In this document: piece after piece, positions 48,078-58,400 of the stretch
Layout: each line of letters starts with the position of its first letter
Position numbering within the stretch: the stretch's first letter is position 1
The notes under the pieces: generated by a model
Databases searched by the model: none
What the model was told of the DNA's origin: nothing
The model's input: the letters and a program-made list of their open reading frames with translations, nothing else
Assembly (NCBI GenBank): GCA_963799005.1
Contig: CAWCVK010000001.1
Location: 512,893-576,892, forward strand
Length of the DNA stretch: 64,000 nucleotides
Reading direction: 5' to 3'
DNA from: Candidatus Dormiibacterota bacterium
GTDB taxonomy: Bacteria; Chloroflexota; Dormibacteria; Aeolococcales; Aeolococcaceae
Made by a program: the position numbers and the translations under genes

Positions 48078-50263
48078 TCCTCGAGAGCGTCATCTTCTTC
48101 GCGATGCTCCTGGTCGCCACGATGGCGATCGCGCTGTTGCCGCGCACCATCAGCGCGCACGCCTGGCTGGGGGTACCGGTCTGCGCAGTGGCCATCGCCG
48201 CGACCGGCGCCGCCTTTCTGGAGGTCGAGCACGACGAGCCGGGAATGATCGCGCTCGGCATTGCCGCCCTCCTTCTGATCGTTGCCATGCGGGTGCTGCA
48301 ACCACGATGGAGCTTCCTCGGTGCGCAGCTCTTCGTCGCCGTGACCGTGGCCGCGCTCGCGTACCTCGCGTACGCATTTCTTCAGACGTTCTTCGGCGGT
48401 CTGCCGCTGTTCGCAACGCTGGCGTCGGTGCTGTTGCTCATCCTCGAAATCCTCGCCCTGCTGTTGTCGATCTCGTTCACGTTCGAGATCTGCGACGTGC
48501 TGTCACGGCGCGAGCAGCCCCGCCTCTCTCCGCCGCTGTCGGACGAACCATGGGTCGCAATCCAGGTCCCCACCTACAACGAGCCCGTCGAGGTGGTCGG
48601 TCCGACGCTGGAATCGCTGGCGAGGATCGACTATCCCCACCTCATCATCCAGGTCGTCGACAACAACACGAGCGACCCCGCGCTGTGGAAACCGCTCGAA
48701 GAGCTCTGCACCAGGCTGGGCGAACGGTTCATGTTCCTCCACCTGGAGGACTGGCCGGGATTCAAAGCCGGCGCGCTGAACGAGGCGACCCCGCGGCTTC
48801 CGGAGAAGGTGGAGATCATCGGCATCGTCGATGCCGACTATCAGGTGCACCCGCAGTGGTTGCGCAACACGATCGGCCATTTCCACGACCCGTCGGTCGC
48901 CTTCATGCAGACGTCACAGCACTACCGCGAGTGGCACGACAACCGGTATCTGCGCGGGCTCTTCTACAGCTTCCGCTACTTCTTCGACATCACCATGATC
49001 GCCCGCAACCATCGCAACGCGATCATCTTCTGCGGGACCATGGGGCTGATCCGGCGCTCAGCCTTCAACGAGATCGGTGGTTGGAATCAGGACTGCATCA
49101 CCGAGGATGCGGAGGCATCCCTGCGCATCCTCGGCGCCGGCTACCGCGGGGTCTACGACCCGGTCGCCTACGGCGAGGGCTTGATGCCGTTGGACTTCGA
49201 CGGCCTCAAGAAGCAGCGCTTCCGCTGGGCGCTGGGCGGGATCCAGATCCTCAAGTTTCACTGGCGCGAGCTGGTGCCGTTTGCTCACCACAGGATGCGC
49301 CTGACGGTCGCGCAGCGCATCCACTACCTGCTCGGCAGTGTCCAGTGGTTCGCCGAGCTGCTCACCGCGACGTTCACGGTGCTGCTGCTTGCCACCGCGC
49401 TCGCGACCTCGCTGCATGAGCGCCTTCCGATCCGGCAGCTGACCGGCGCGGTGCTCGTGGTCCCCCTGGCGTTTGCGGGAACCGGCGTCGTGCGCGCCAT
49501 GTGGGCGATGCGCCGTGCCTGTCACGCCACCGCCGGCGACGCGCTCAGCGCGCTCCGGGTGTGGTTCGCCCTGTCCTGGGTGGTCACGCTAGCCTGCGTC
49601 CGCGGACTGGTCCGGAAACGCGCTGAGTTCCTGCGAACCGCGAAGAGCAAGGAGGGCCGCTCGCTGTTGAGCGCGCTGCGTGCGTCGCGCGCCGAGACGG
49701 TGCTCATGTTCGCCGGGGTTGCCGGCGCGGCGGCGATGCTGGTGCGGTCACCGAGCCTCGCGACCATCGTGCTCTCGCTGCTGCTCATCTTCGAGGCCTT
49801 CGTGTACTCGAACGCGCCCTGGGCCAGCCTCGCGGCTGAGGGGATCATCCTGACGCCGGAGCGCCGCGCGTACGCGCGCTCTCCGCAGAACACCGGCGAG
49901 CGGCCCGAGCGCAGACGTCCGATCGCCCTGCCGCTCGGCCTGACCGGGCTCGCCGCGGTGGCCGCCGTCGCGGCACTGGTCGCGACCTCTCCAAGCCAGA
50001 ACGCGCCGTTCGCGGGTCCCCAGGCCGACCTGCCGCGCATCGGCAACGTGATTCCGAATCTCAAGCTGGGTCCGCTTCCGAATGTGACCCCGTCGCCGTC
50101 ACCGTCGGCCAGCGCCACGCCCAGCCCGTCGGCGTCGCCATCGGCCTCGCCCAGCCCCTCACCCTCGCCGAGCGCATCAGCGACGCCATCGCCGACCGCC
50201 TCTCCGACCCCGGCGCCGACGAGCACGCCGAGCGCGACCGTATCGCCCGCCGCCGCGCCCTAG
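48074..50263 (+). CDS. Family-2 glycosyltransferase, cellulose-synthase-like (BcsA/CslA-type processive beta-glycan synthase) with a C-terminal Ser/Pro-rich repeat tail
   Basis: 729 aa. Four N-terminal TM helices. GT2 motifs VDAD (D,D,D), TED and Q(R)FRW, then C-terminal TM helices. No PilZ domain. Last ~60 aa are (SP/SA/TP) repeats. ATGA overlap with the GH8 gene. Confidence 0.8.
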   Translation: MILESVIFFAMLLVATMAIALLPRTISAHAWLGVPVCAVAIAATGAAFLEVEHDEPGMIALGIAALLLIVAMRVLQPRWSFLGAQLFVAVTVAALAYLAYAFLQTFFGGLPLFATLASVLLLILEILALLLSISFTFEICDVLSRREQPRLSPPLSDEPWVAIQVPTYNEPVEVVGPTLESLARIDYPHLIIQVVDNNTSDPALWKPLEELCTRLGERFMFLHLEDWPGFKAGALNEATPRLPEKVEIIGIVDADYQVHPQWLRNTIGHFHDPSVAFMQTSQHYREWHDNRYLRGLFYSFRYFFDITMIARNHRNAIIFCGTMGLIRRSAFNEIGGWNQDCITEDAEASLRILGAGYRGVYDPVAYGEGLMPLDFDGLKKQRFRWALGGIQILKFHWRELVPFAHHRMRLTVAQRIHYLLGSVQWFAELLTATFTVLLLATALATSLHERLPIRQLTGAVLVVPLAFAGTGVVRAMWAMRRACHATAGDALSALRVWFALSWVVTLACVRGLVRKRAEFLRTAKSKEGRSLLSALRASRAETVLMFAGVAGAAAMLVRSPSLATIVLSLLLIFEAFVYSNAPWASLAAEGIILTPERRAYARSPQNTGERPERRRPIALPLGLTGLAAVAAVAALVATSPSQNAPFAGPQADLPRIGNVIPNLKLGPLPNVTPSPSPSASATPSPSASPSASPSPSPSPSASATPSPTASPTPAPTSTPSATVSPAAAP
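50085..50260 (+). repeat. Imperfect tandem nucleotide repeats (ccgtcgcc/agcgccacgccc units) encoding the Ser/Pro/Ala/Thr-rich tail of the GT2 synthase
   Basis: The region translates to SPSPSASATPSPSASPSASPSPSPSPSASATPSPTASPTPAPTSTPSATVSPAAAP. Confidence 0.5.
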
Positions 50264-50291
50264 CCGCGAACTCCGCGGTTGATATTGGTAC

Positions 50292-50308
50292 TGTCATGTA
50301 GAATGACA
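50292..50308. promoter_or_regulatory. Palindromic operator-like site TGTCAT-N5-ATGACA overlapping a TAGAAT -10-like hexamer
   Basis: Perfect 6-bp arms in the AT-rich 76-bp gap upstream of the 50340 gene. TTGATA at 50279-50284 could serve as a -35 with a 14-nt spacer. Confidence 0.3.
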
Positions 50309-50339
50309 CTCCTTGGAGTAAATCAGCAGGGAGGTTCCC

Positions 50340-51005
50340 ATGGCGGAAACCGCGTACATCGTCATCGCAGTGGTCGTCGTGATCGCCATCATCATCGCGG
50401 TCATCGCCGCGACGAACCGGCGGCGGACGGCTAGCCTGCACCGCACCTTCGGTCCCGAGTACGAGCGCACGGTCGAGACCACCGGGGACCGTGGGCTCGC
50501 CGAGAAAGACCTCGCCGGCCGCGTTGCGCGCCGCGGGCAGCTCAACATCATTCCGCTGTCGGACGCCGCGCGCCAGCAATACGCGGCGGAGTGGCAGCAG
50601 ATCCAGTCGGACTTCGTAGACGCTCCGGCGCAAAGTGTCCAGGCTGCGGACGTCCTCGTCGCCCGTGTCATGAGCGATCGCGGCTATCCGATGACGGAGT
50701 TCGACCAGCGCGCATCGGACATCTCGGTCGACCACCCGGGTGTGGTCGAGAACTACCGCCTCGCCCATGCAACCTGTCTCGGCACCGCCCAGGGCAGCAC
50801 CACCACCGAGGATCTCCGTCGCGCCATGACGCAGTACCGGGCGCTCTTCAACGAGCTGCTCGGGACCAGTGATTCGGGTAGAGCCCAGGATCAGCCACCG
50901 GTCATGGCACCTGCCGCGGCTGCCGGCGTCTACAGCACCCCGGTTGCCGGAGCGTCTCCCGCGCCTCCCGCCGCCTCCGATGCGCCGGGACCGCCCCGAG
51001 CCTGA
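50340..51005 (+). CDS. Hypothetical protein with an N-terminal TM anchor and a Pro/Ala-rich C-terminus
   Basis: 221 aa. GGGAGG SD. Preceded by an AT-rich promoter-like region containing a palindrome. Confidence 0.45.
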   Translation: MAETAYIVIAVVVVIAIIIAVIAATNRRRTASLHRTFGPEYERTVETTGDRGLAEKDLAGRVARRGQLNIIPLSDAARQQYAAEWQQIQSDFVDAPAQSVQAADVLVARVMSDRGYPMTEFDQRASDISVDHPGVVENYRLAHATCLGTAQGSTTTEDLRRAMTQYRALFNELLGTSDSGRAQDQPPVMAPAAAAGVYSTPVAGASPAPPAASDAPGPPRA

Positions 51006-51007
51006 GG

Positions 51008-52445
51008 CTACGGGAGCCGGACGGCCCCGGTCAGATACGCGTCGCAGCTGCGTGCCGCGGCGCGCCCGTCGGCGATCGCCCAGACGATCAGCGAGGCGCC
51101 GCGGACCGCATCCCCGGCGGCGAACACGCCGCTGGGGATGGCAGGCGAATGCCTCGTCCACGCTGACATTGCCGGCTCGATCGAGGGTCACCGACAGCTG
51201 ATCGAGCAACGCTGGATCGGGTCGGGCCGTCATAGCCGATCGCGATGAGCACGAGGTCGGCGTCGATGCGCACCTCGTCCCCGGGAATCGGGTCGAACGT
51301 TCGGCTTCCGCCCTCCCGGCGCGCCTCAACCCGGGTGGCGCGGACGCCTCGCACGGCGCCGTTCTCGCCCTCGAATCCCGTCACCATGAGGCCGAACTCG
51401 CGCGAGCCCCCCTCGTCGTGGGCCGGGTAGGTGCGCAGGATCAGCGGCCACTGCGGCCACGGGTTTCCATCGGGGCGGGTGTCGGGCGGCTGCGCATAGA
51501 TGTACAGCTGCTGCACCTCGGCTGCAGCGCTCGCGGATCACGTTGCCGAGGCAGTCGGCGCCGGTGTCGCCTCCGCCGATGATGATCACCTTCCGGCCTC
51601 GCGCGGTGATCGCAGGTCTGAGCGTCGACGCGGTCGCCCGCAACCCTCCGATTCTGCTGCACCAGGTAATCCATCGCGAAATGCACCCCTGACAGCTCGC
51701 GTCCGGGGACGTCGATATCGCGCGGTCGATCGGCGCCGACCGCGAGCACGACCGCGTCGAAACGCGCGCGCAACTGCTCCGTGGTCACGTCGGCACCGAT
51801 GTCGTACCCGGTCTCGAAGGTGATGCCCTCAGCCTCGAGCAGATCGATACGCCGGTCCAGGACCCACTTCTCCATCTTGAAATCCGGGATCCCGTAGCGG
51901 AGCAGGCCCCCCACCCGATCGGAGCGCTCGAACACGGTCACGCGATGGCCGGCGCGGTTGAGCTGCTGCGCGGCGGCGAGGCCGGCCGGCCCGGACCCGA
52001 CGACCGCGACGCGTCGCCCGGTCCGGTGCGCCGGCGGCTCGGCACGGATCCACCCTTCGTCGAACGCTCGATCGATGATCGACTGTTCGATCTGCTTGAT
52101 CGCGACCGGGTCGTCGTTGATAGCGAGCACGCAGGCCGGTTCGCAGGGGGCGGGGCAGAGACGCCCGGTGAACTCCGGAAAGTTGTTGGTGGCGTGCAGC
52201 CGCTCCACCGCGCCCTTCCAGTCGTCGCGGACGACGAGGTCGTTCCACTCGGGGATGAGGTTGCCGAGCGGACATCCGTGGTGGCAGAAGGCGACCCCGC
52301 AGTCCATGCACCGCGATCCCTGGTCGCGCAACACCTGCAGCGGCAGGGGCAGGTACACCTCGCGGTAGTCGCCGATCCGTTCGGCCACCGGTCGCTTGTG
52401 GGCGGTGTGGCGCGTGTGCTCGAGGAAGCCGGTGCGGGCGCCCAT
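51008..52445 (-). pseudogene. gltD: Glutamate synthase small subunit (GltD), fragmented by at least 4 frameshifts (probable sequencing errors)
   Basis: N-terminal two-thirds intact (Fe-S cysteines CMDCGVAFC...CPLGN, FAD/NAD Rossmann [11 protein letters not shown]). The remainder is scattered over three frames ([20 protein letters not shown]; [18 protein letters not shown]; [23 protein letters not shown]). Confidence 0.8.
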
Positions 52446-55400
52446 CAGCTCACCAGCTCGAGTTGGGAGCGGAGCGCGCGCCGGTATTCCTCGGGCATCA
52501 CCTTGACGAAGTGCTCGCGCTCCTGCGGCCATGTCCGAAGCAGTCGGTTCGCCACCGAGCTGCCGGTGAGCGCGGCATGGCGTTCGAGCAAACCATGGAC
52601 CAGCTCGAGATCGTCGACACCGAGCGGCTCGAGCGCCACCGACGCGCGGTTGCAGCGCGCGGCAAGGGTGCGCTCCTCATCGAGCACGTAGGCGACGCCG
52701 CCGCTCATGCCCGCGGCGAAGTTACGCCCGGTCGCGCCGAGCACGATGACCGTCCCCCCGGTCATGTACTCGCATCCGTGGTCCCCGACTCCTTCGACCA
52801 CTGCGACGGCCCCCGAGTTGCGCACTGCGAACCGCTCGCCGGCCACCCCGCGGATGAAGGCCTCGCCGGCGGTCGCGCCGTACAGCGCCACGTTGCCGAT
52901 GATGATGTTGTCCTCGGCCCGTCGCGTCGCGGCCTGCGGCGGCAGGATCACCAGGCGGCCACCCGAAAGCCCCTTGCCGACGTAGTCGTTCGCCTCGCCG
53001 CGAAGGGTGAGCGTGACCCCGCTCGCCAGCCACGCCCCGAACGATTGTCCCGCCGCGCCGTCAAGCTCGACGGCGACGGTGCCGTCGGGAAGGCCGGCTG
53101 CGCCGTGCCGGCGCGCGATCTCACCGCTGAGCATCGCCCCGACGCAGCGATGCACGTTGCGCACCGGCAGGCGCACCCGCACCGGCACGCCGCTGTCGAG
53201 CGAGTCGCCACAGCGCGCCAGCAGCTCGACGTCGAGCATGTCACCGAGATCGGCGGTCTGATGCGTGCTGTGCCGGCGGCTCTCCGGCGAATCGACCTCG
53301 GGCACCATCAGCAGACGGCTGGAGGTCGAGTTCCGCGGGCCTTCCAGTGCTCCACGGCGGGATTCGCTTCGATCAGATCGACTCGGCCGATCATGTCCTC
53401 GAATCGGCGGAATCCGAGCCGGGACATCCAGCGGCGCACGTCCTCGGCGAGGAAGAGCATGAACGCGACGACGTGCTCGGGGCGACCCGCGAACCGCGCG
53501 CGCAGCACCGGGTCCTGGGTGGCGATCCCGACCGGGCAGGTGTTGAGATGGCAGACGCGCATCATCACGCAGCCCGCCGCGATCAGCGGCGCGGTGGCAA
53601 ACGCGAACTCGTCGGCGCCGAGCAGCGCGCCGACGACGACGTCACGCCCGGTCTTCATCTGACCGTCGGCCAGCAGCGTGACCCGGCTCCGGAGCCGCTG
53701 CCTGGTGAGGACCTGCTGGGCTTCCGCAAGCCCCAGCTCCCACGGGCACGCCGGCGTGCTTGATCCCGGTCAGCGGCGATGCGCCGGTGCCGCCCTCGTA
53801 GCCGGCGATGACGATGTGATCGGCGCGCGCCTTCGCCACACCCGCCGCCACGGTGCCGACGCCCGCTTCGGCAACGAGCTTGACGCTGATCCGCGCCTCG
53901 AGGATTGACGCAGCGCAGGTCCCAGATCAGCTGTGCGAGATCCTCGATCGAGTAGATGTCGTGGTGCGGCGGCGGCGAGATGAGCCCCACACCGGGCGTG
54001 GAATGGCGTAGCCGGGCGATCGCGTCGTCCACCTTCGACCCGGGCAGCTGCCCGCCCTCGCCCGGTTTGGCTCCCTGGGCGATCTTGATCTGCAACTCGT
54101 CCGCATTCACGAGGTAATGGGCGGTCACGCCGAAGCGCGCCGACGCCACCTGCTTGATCGCGCTCCGCCGCCAGTCGCCGTTCGCGTCGGGCTCGAACCG
54201 CGCCGGATCCTCCCCTCCCTCGCCGGTGTTGGATCGCGCGCCGATGCGGTTCATCGCGATCGCGAGCAGCTCGTGCACCTCCTTGCTGAGCGACCCGTGC
54301 GACATTCCACCGGTCGAGAACCGGCGGACGATGTCCAGCGCCGGTTCCACCTCGTCGAGTGGCACGGGAGCAGGAGCTTCGCGAAGCAGGAACAGCCCGC
54401 GCAGGTTCCTCAAGCGGCGCGACTCGTCGTCGGCGAGTGCGACGTAGCGGCGGAATGCGCTCTCGTCTCCGGACTTGACGGCATGCTGCAGCGCGCCGAT
54501 CACCTCGGGATTCCACTGATGATGCTCGCCCTCGCGGCGCCACCGATACTCGCCGCGATCCTCCAGGGTCGGCGGTGTGATCCGGACGTCCGGGAACGCC
54601 CGCTGATGGCGCGAGATCGCCTCGGCGGCGATGACGTCCATCCCGATGCCCCCGATGCGCGACGGCGTGTTCGGGAAGTAGCGATCGACGACCGTCTGGT
54701 CGATCCCGAGACACTCGAAGATCTGCGCGCTGCAGTACGACTGGATCGTCGAGATGCCCATGCGCGCGATGGTCTTGCGCAGGCCCTTGACGAGCGCCTG
54801 GACGTAGAGGTCCTCGGCGCGCGCGGCGTCGATCGTCGGAGGCATCAGCTCACGGCGCGCGAGGTCCGCCATCGTCTCGAACGCCAGATATGGGTTGACA
54901 GCCTCGGCTCCGTAGCCGATGAGCAGCGCCAGGTGCATCACCTCACGCGCTTCGCCGGTCTCGATGACCAGGCCGACGCTCGGTCCGGGTCTGCTCGCGG
55001 ACCAGGTGCTGATGCACTGCGGCTGTGGCGAGCAGTGATGGGATGGGCACGTGCGACGCGTCGATATGCCGATCGCTGAGGATGAGGACGGTGGCGCCCG
55101 CCTCGATCTGCTTCGACGCCAGCCGGCAGATGCGCTCGATTCCGGCGACGAGGCCCGCCGCGCCGGCGTCACGGTGGAAGACCATCGAGATCGTCTCCGC
55201 CGGGAACTGGCGCTGGGTCAGGTGTCGGAGCTTCTCGAGATCGTGGTTGGTGAGCACCGGGTGGGGCATCTCGAGGCGCTTCGCCTGTGCCGGCCCCTGC
55301 TCGAAGAGGTTGCCTCCGGCGCCGAGGGTGGTCACCAGCGACATCACCGCCTGCTCCCGAATCGGGTCGATCGGCGGATTGGTGACCTGCGCGAAGAGCT

Positions 55401-56977
55401 GCTTGAAATAGTTGAAGAGCGGCAGCGAGCGCTCGCTGAGCACCGCGAGCGGCGTGTCGTTGCCCATCGAGCCGACGGCTTCCTCGCCGGTCTCGCCCAT
55501 CGGCTCGAGCAGCATCTCGAGGTCCTCGACGCTGTACCCGAAGGCCTGCTGGCGCACCAGGAGCGTGCCCGGATCCGGTGCCGGCACGTGGTCGGGCGGA
55601 TCGAGCTCGTCGAGGTGAACGGTCCCGGCGCGAATCCACTCGCTGTACGGCTGCGCCGAGCTGAGCGCGCTCTTGACGGCCGCGTCGTCGAGAATTCGTC
55701 CAGCCGCGGTGTCGACGAGGAGGAGGCGTCCGGGCTCGAGCCGCCACTTCCGCGCGATCTGCTCCTCGGGCAGGTCGAGCACGCCCGCCTCGGACGCCAT
55801 CACCACAAGCCCGTCCTCGGTCACGAGGTACCGGGCGGGGCGCAGACCGTTGCGGTCGAGGGTCGCGCCGATCACGCGTCCGTCGGTGAACGCAATCGCC
55901 GCCGGCCCGTCCCACGGCTCGAGCAGCGAGCTGTGGAACTCGTAGAAGGCGCGGCGCTCGTCGTCCATGAGCGGGTTCTGATGCCACGCCTCGGGGATCA
56001 TCATCATCACCGCGTGCTCGATCGGCCGGCCGGTCATGGCAAGCAGCTCGAGGGCGTTGTCGAACTGCGAGGAATCCGACCCGGATTCATCGAGGACGGG
56101 CATCAGCTTGGCGATGTCGTCGCCGAAGTGCGGGCTGCGGAACTTCGACTGGCGCGCGCGCATCCAGTTGACGTTCCCTCGGAGCGTGTTGATCTCGCCG
56201 TTGTGGGCCGACATCCGGAACGGCTGGGCGAGGTCCCAGCGCGGCAGGACGTTGGTGGAAAAGCGCGCGTGGACCAGCGCCAGCGTGGAGGTGACCCGCT
56301 GGATCGATCAGGTCCGGGTAGAAGCCCGCGAGCTGGGCCGCGGTGAGCATCCCCTTGTAGACGAGGGTTCGGCTGGACAGGCTGGCCCAGTGGAAGCGAT
56401 CGCGACCGATCCCGGCCGCCAGGGCGTCACGCTCGATGACCCGCCGAAGCACCAGGAGACGGCCCTCGAGCGCCGGCCCCGTCGAGGCCGATGGCGGCGA
56501 CGAAGAGTTGACGCAGCACCGGCAGCGCCATGCGAGCCGAACGTCCGAGGGCGTCGGCGACCACCGGCACGTCGCGCCAGCCGAGCAGGCGCAGCCCTTC
56601 AGCCCGGCAGGCCCGCAGCGTGATCGCCTCGCACAGCTCGCGATCGTCGCGGATCCTCGGGGAGCATGGCCATGCCGACGCCGTAGGCCCCCGGCGCCGG
56701 CAGCGGAAGTCCCGAGGTCTCGCGGAGGAAGGCATCCGGGAGCTGCAGGAGGATGCCCGCGCCGTCACCGCTGTCCGGCTCGGCACCCGACGCGCCGCGA
56801 TGGCCGAGGTTGACGAGCGCCTGAATTCCCTGCTCGACCACCGAATGGGCTGGCGCCGCCGGCGATCCGGGCGACGAACGCCACCCCACAGGCGTCGTGC
56901 TCGACGGCAGAGTCGAACAGACCTCGATTCGGGGGCCGTTCGCCTACTGCGTCTCCGATACGTGCGTAGCCTGACAT
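52445..56977 (-). pseudogene. gltB: Glutamate synthase large subunit (GltB), fragmented into at least 8 ORF pieces by frameshifts
   Basis: Pieces in order: N-terminal amidotransferase (EHDACGVAFVA), central domain (HNGEINTLRGN), FMN domain ([24 protein letters not shown]), C-terminal GXGXG domain. Total span 4533 nt is about 1511 aa. Stop overlaps the gltD start (ATGA). Confidence 0.8.
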
Positions 56978-57199
56978 GGTCCCGGCGATCGAGGCAAGTT
57001 GCGCATTCGCGGTGCGGTTGCTGTGCTACGGTTTGCGCCAATGGCCGCAACTGCGCGTCGATACTTTGGCCCGCCAGCCGTAAGGCTGCCGGGGGTCCTC
57101 TAACCCGACCGCGCAGTCGTTACCAGGGCTGGTTCATCAGAGATGGGTCAGCCCCGGGATCCCGTGTGGTGGCCCATCACCACACGGAGGTGCCATACA

Positions 57200-58046
57200 G
57201 TGACCATCGAGCCGCTGCTGGTCAGCGCGACCCGACGGCAGGACACACACCAGGTGAACATCGGCGCGGTCGCGGTCGGCGGCGACACGGTGCCGGTCAT
57301 CGCCGGGCCGTGCGCGGTCGAGCCGGGGTACGTCGAGCATGCGGTCGCCGCGCATCGTGCCGGCGCGTCCGCGCTGCGCGGCTGCGTGCTGAAGCCGCGG
57401 ACCCGACCGGGATCCTTCCAGGGACTGGGGACTGCCGGGCTTGCCGCTGCTCGACGAGGCGCGACGCCTCACCGGGTTACCGGTGATCGCGGAACCACTC
57501 GCCGCCGACGACATCGAGCTGCTGCGCGGCCATGCCGACGCGCTGCTCATCGGAGCGCGCTCGATGCACAACACCCCGCTGCTGCGCGCCGCCGGTCAGA
57601 GCGGCATGACGGTCATCCTCAAGCGCGGGATGTCCGCGACCTACGACGAATGGCTGGCCGCCGCGGACTACATCACCACCGAGGGCAACCGCCAGGTCAT
57701 CCTCTGCGAGCGCGGCATCCGCACCTTCGAGACCGCGACCCGGAACACCCTCGACGTGAGCGCGATCGCCGTGCTCCGCGACATGACCGATCTCCCGATC
57801 GCGGTCGACCCGAGCCATGCCGCGGGCAACGCGAGATGGGTGCCCTCGCTCGCGGTCGCGGCGCTGGCCGCCGGCGCGGACGCGCTGCTCATCGAGTGTC
57901 ACCCGGATCCGGCGTCGTCGCTGTGTGACGCCGCCCAGGCGATCACGCCCTCGATGCTCGAGCAGGATCGTGCAGACCTCGCTGGCACTCTGCGCGATGA
58001 CGCGCCCCGCCGTGGCCGAACTCGGTCGCCGGATGTCGCGCGATGA
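57200..58046 (+). pseudogene. aroG: 3-deoxy-7-phosphoheptulonate (DAHP) synthase, type I-beta (KDO8PS-like), frameshift near 57430
   Basis: GTG with a GGAGG SD. VIAGPCAVE...LKPRTRPGSFQGLG in one frame, continuing as PLLDEARRLTGLPVIAEP...DPSHAAG in the next. The shift sits at a GGG run. Confidence 0.7.
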
Positions 58047-58291
58047 TCGACACCATCGACGACGCCGTGTTCCAGATGCTCGAGTACCGCGCCGCGATGG
58101 TCGAGGCCGTCCAGCAGCGCAAGCTGGCGGCGCTGCTGCCGGAGCGCGACATCGACCGCGAGCACGAGATCGTCGAACGGCTGTCCCGCCGAGCCCCGCG
58201 GCTCGGCGAGCAGCGAGTCGACCGCCTCGTCCACGCCATCATCGACGAGTGCCTCGACGCCGTTCCCGTTCGCCCTCAGGCGGTCGCATGA
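58043..58291 (+). CDS. Chorismate mutase (AroQ class), possibly the C-terminal domain of a DAHPS-CM fusion
   Basis: 82 aa ORF MIDTIDDAVFQMLEYRAAMVEAVQQRK. A CM-like N-terminal extension (AVAELGRR) lies in another frame just upstream. Confidence 0.6.
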   Translation: MIDTIDDAVFQMLEYRAAMVEAVQQRKLAALLPERDIDREHEIVERLSRRAPRLGEQRVDRLVHAIIDECLDAVPVRPQAVA

Positions 58292-58400
58292 CCATGCATT
58301 GACGCTCCCGCACCGCCTGACTTCCCCAATCGCCACTCCCGGTCGATACTCGGGTCGTACCAGCGGCTCGGGAAAGGTCGCCGGAGGGAGGCGAGGATCG

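Noticed and set aside
57164-57172. Tandem Trp codons upstream of DAHP synthase as an attenuator leader peptide
   Set aside because: The WW codons are in frame with, and uninterrupted from, the DAHPS ORF (no stop), so this is not a separate leader peptide. Kept only as an alternative start in the finding.
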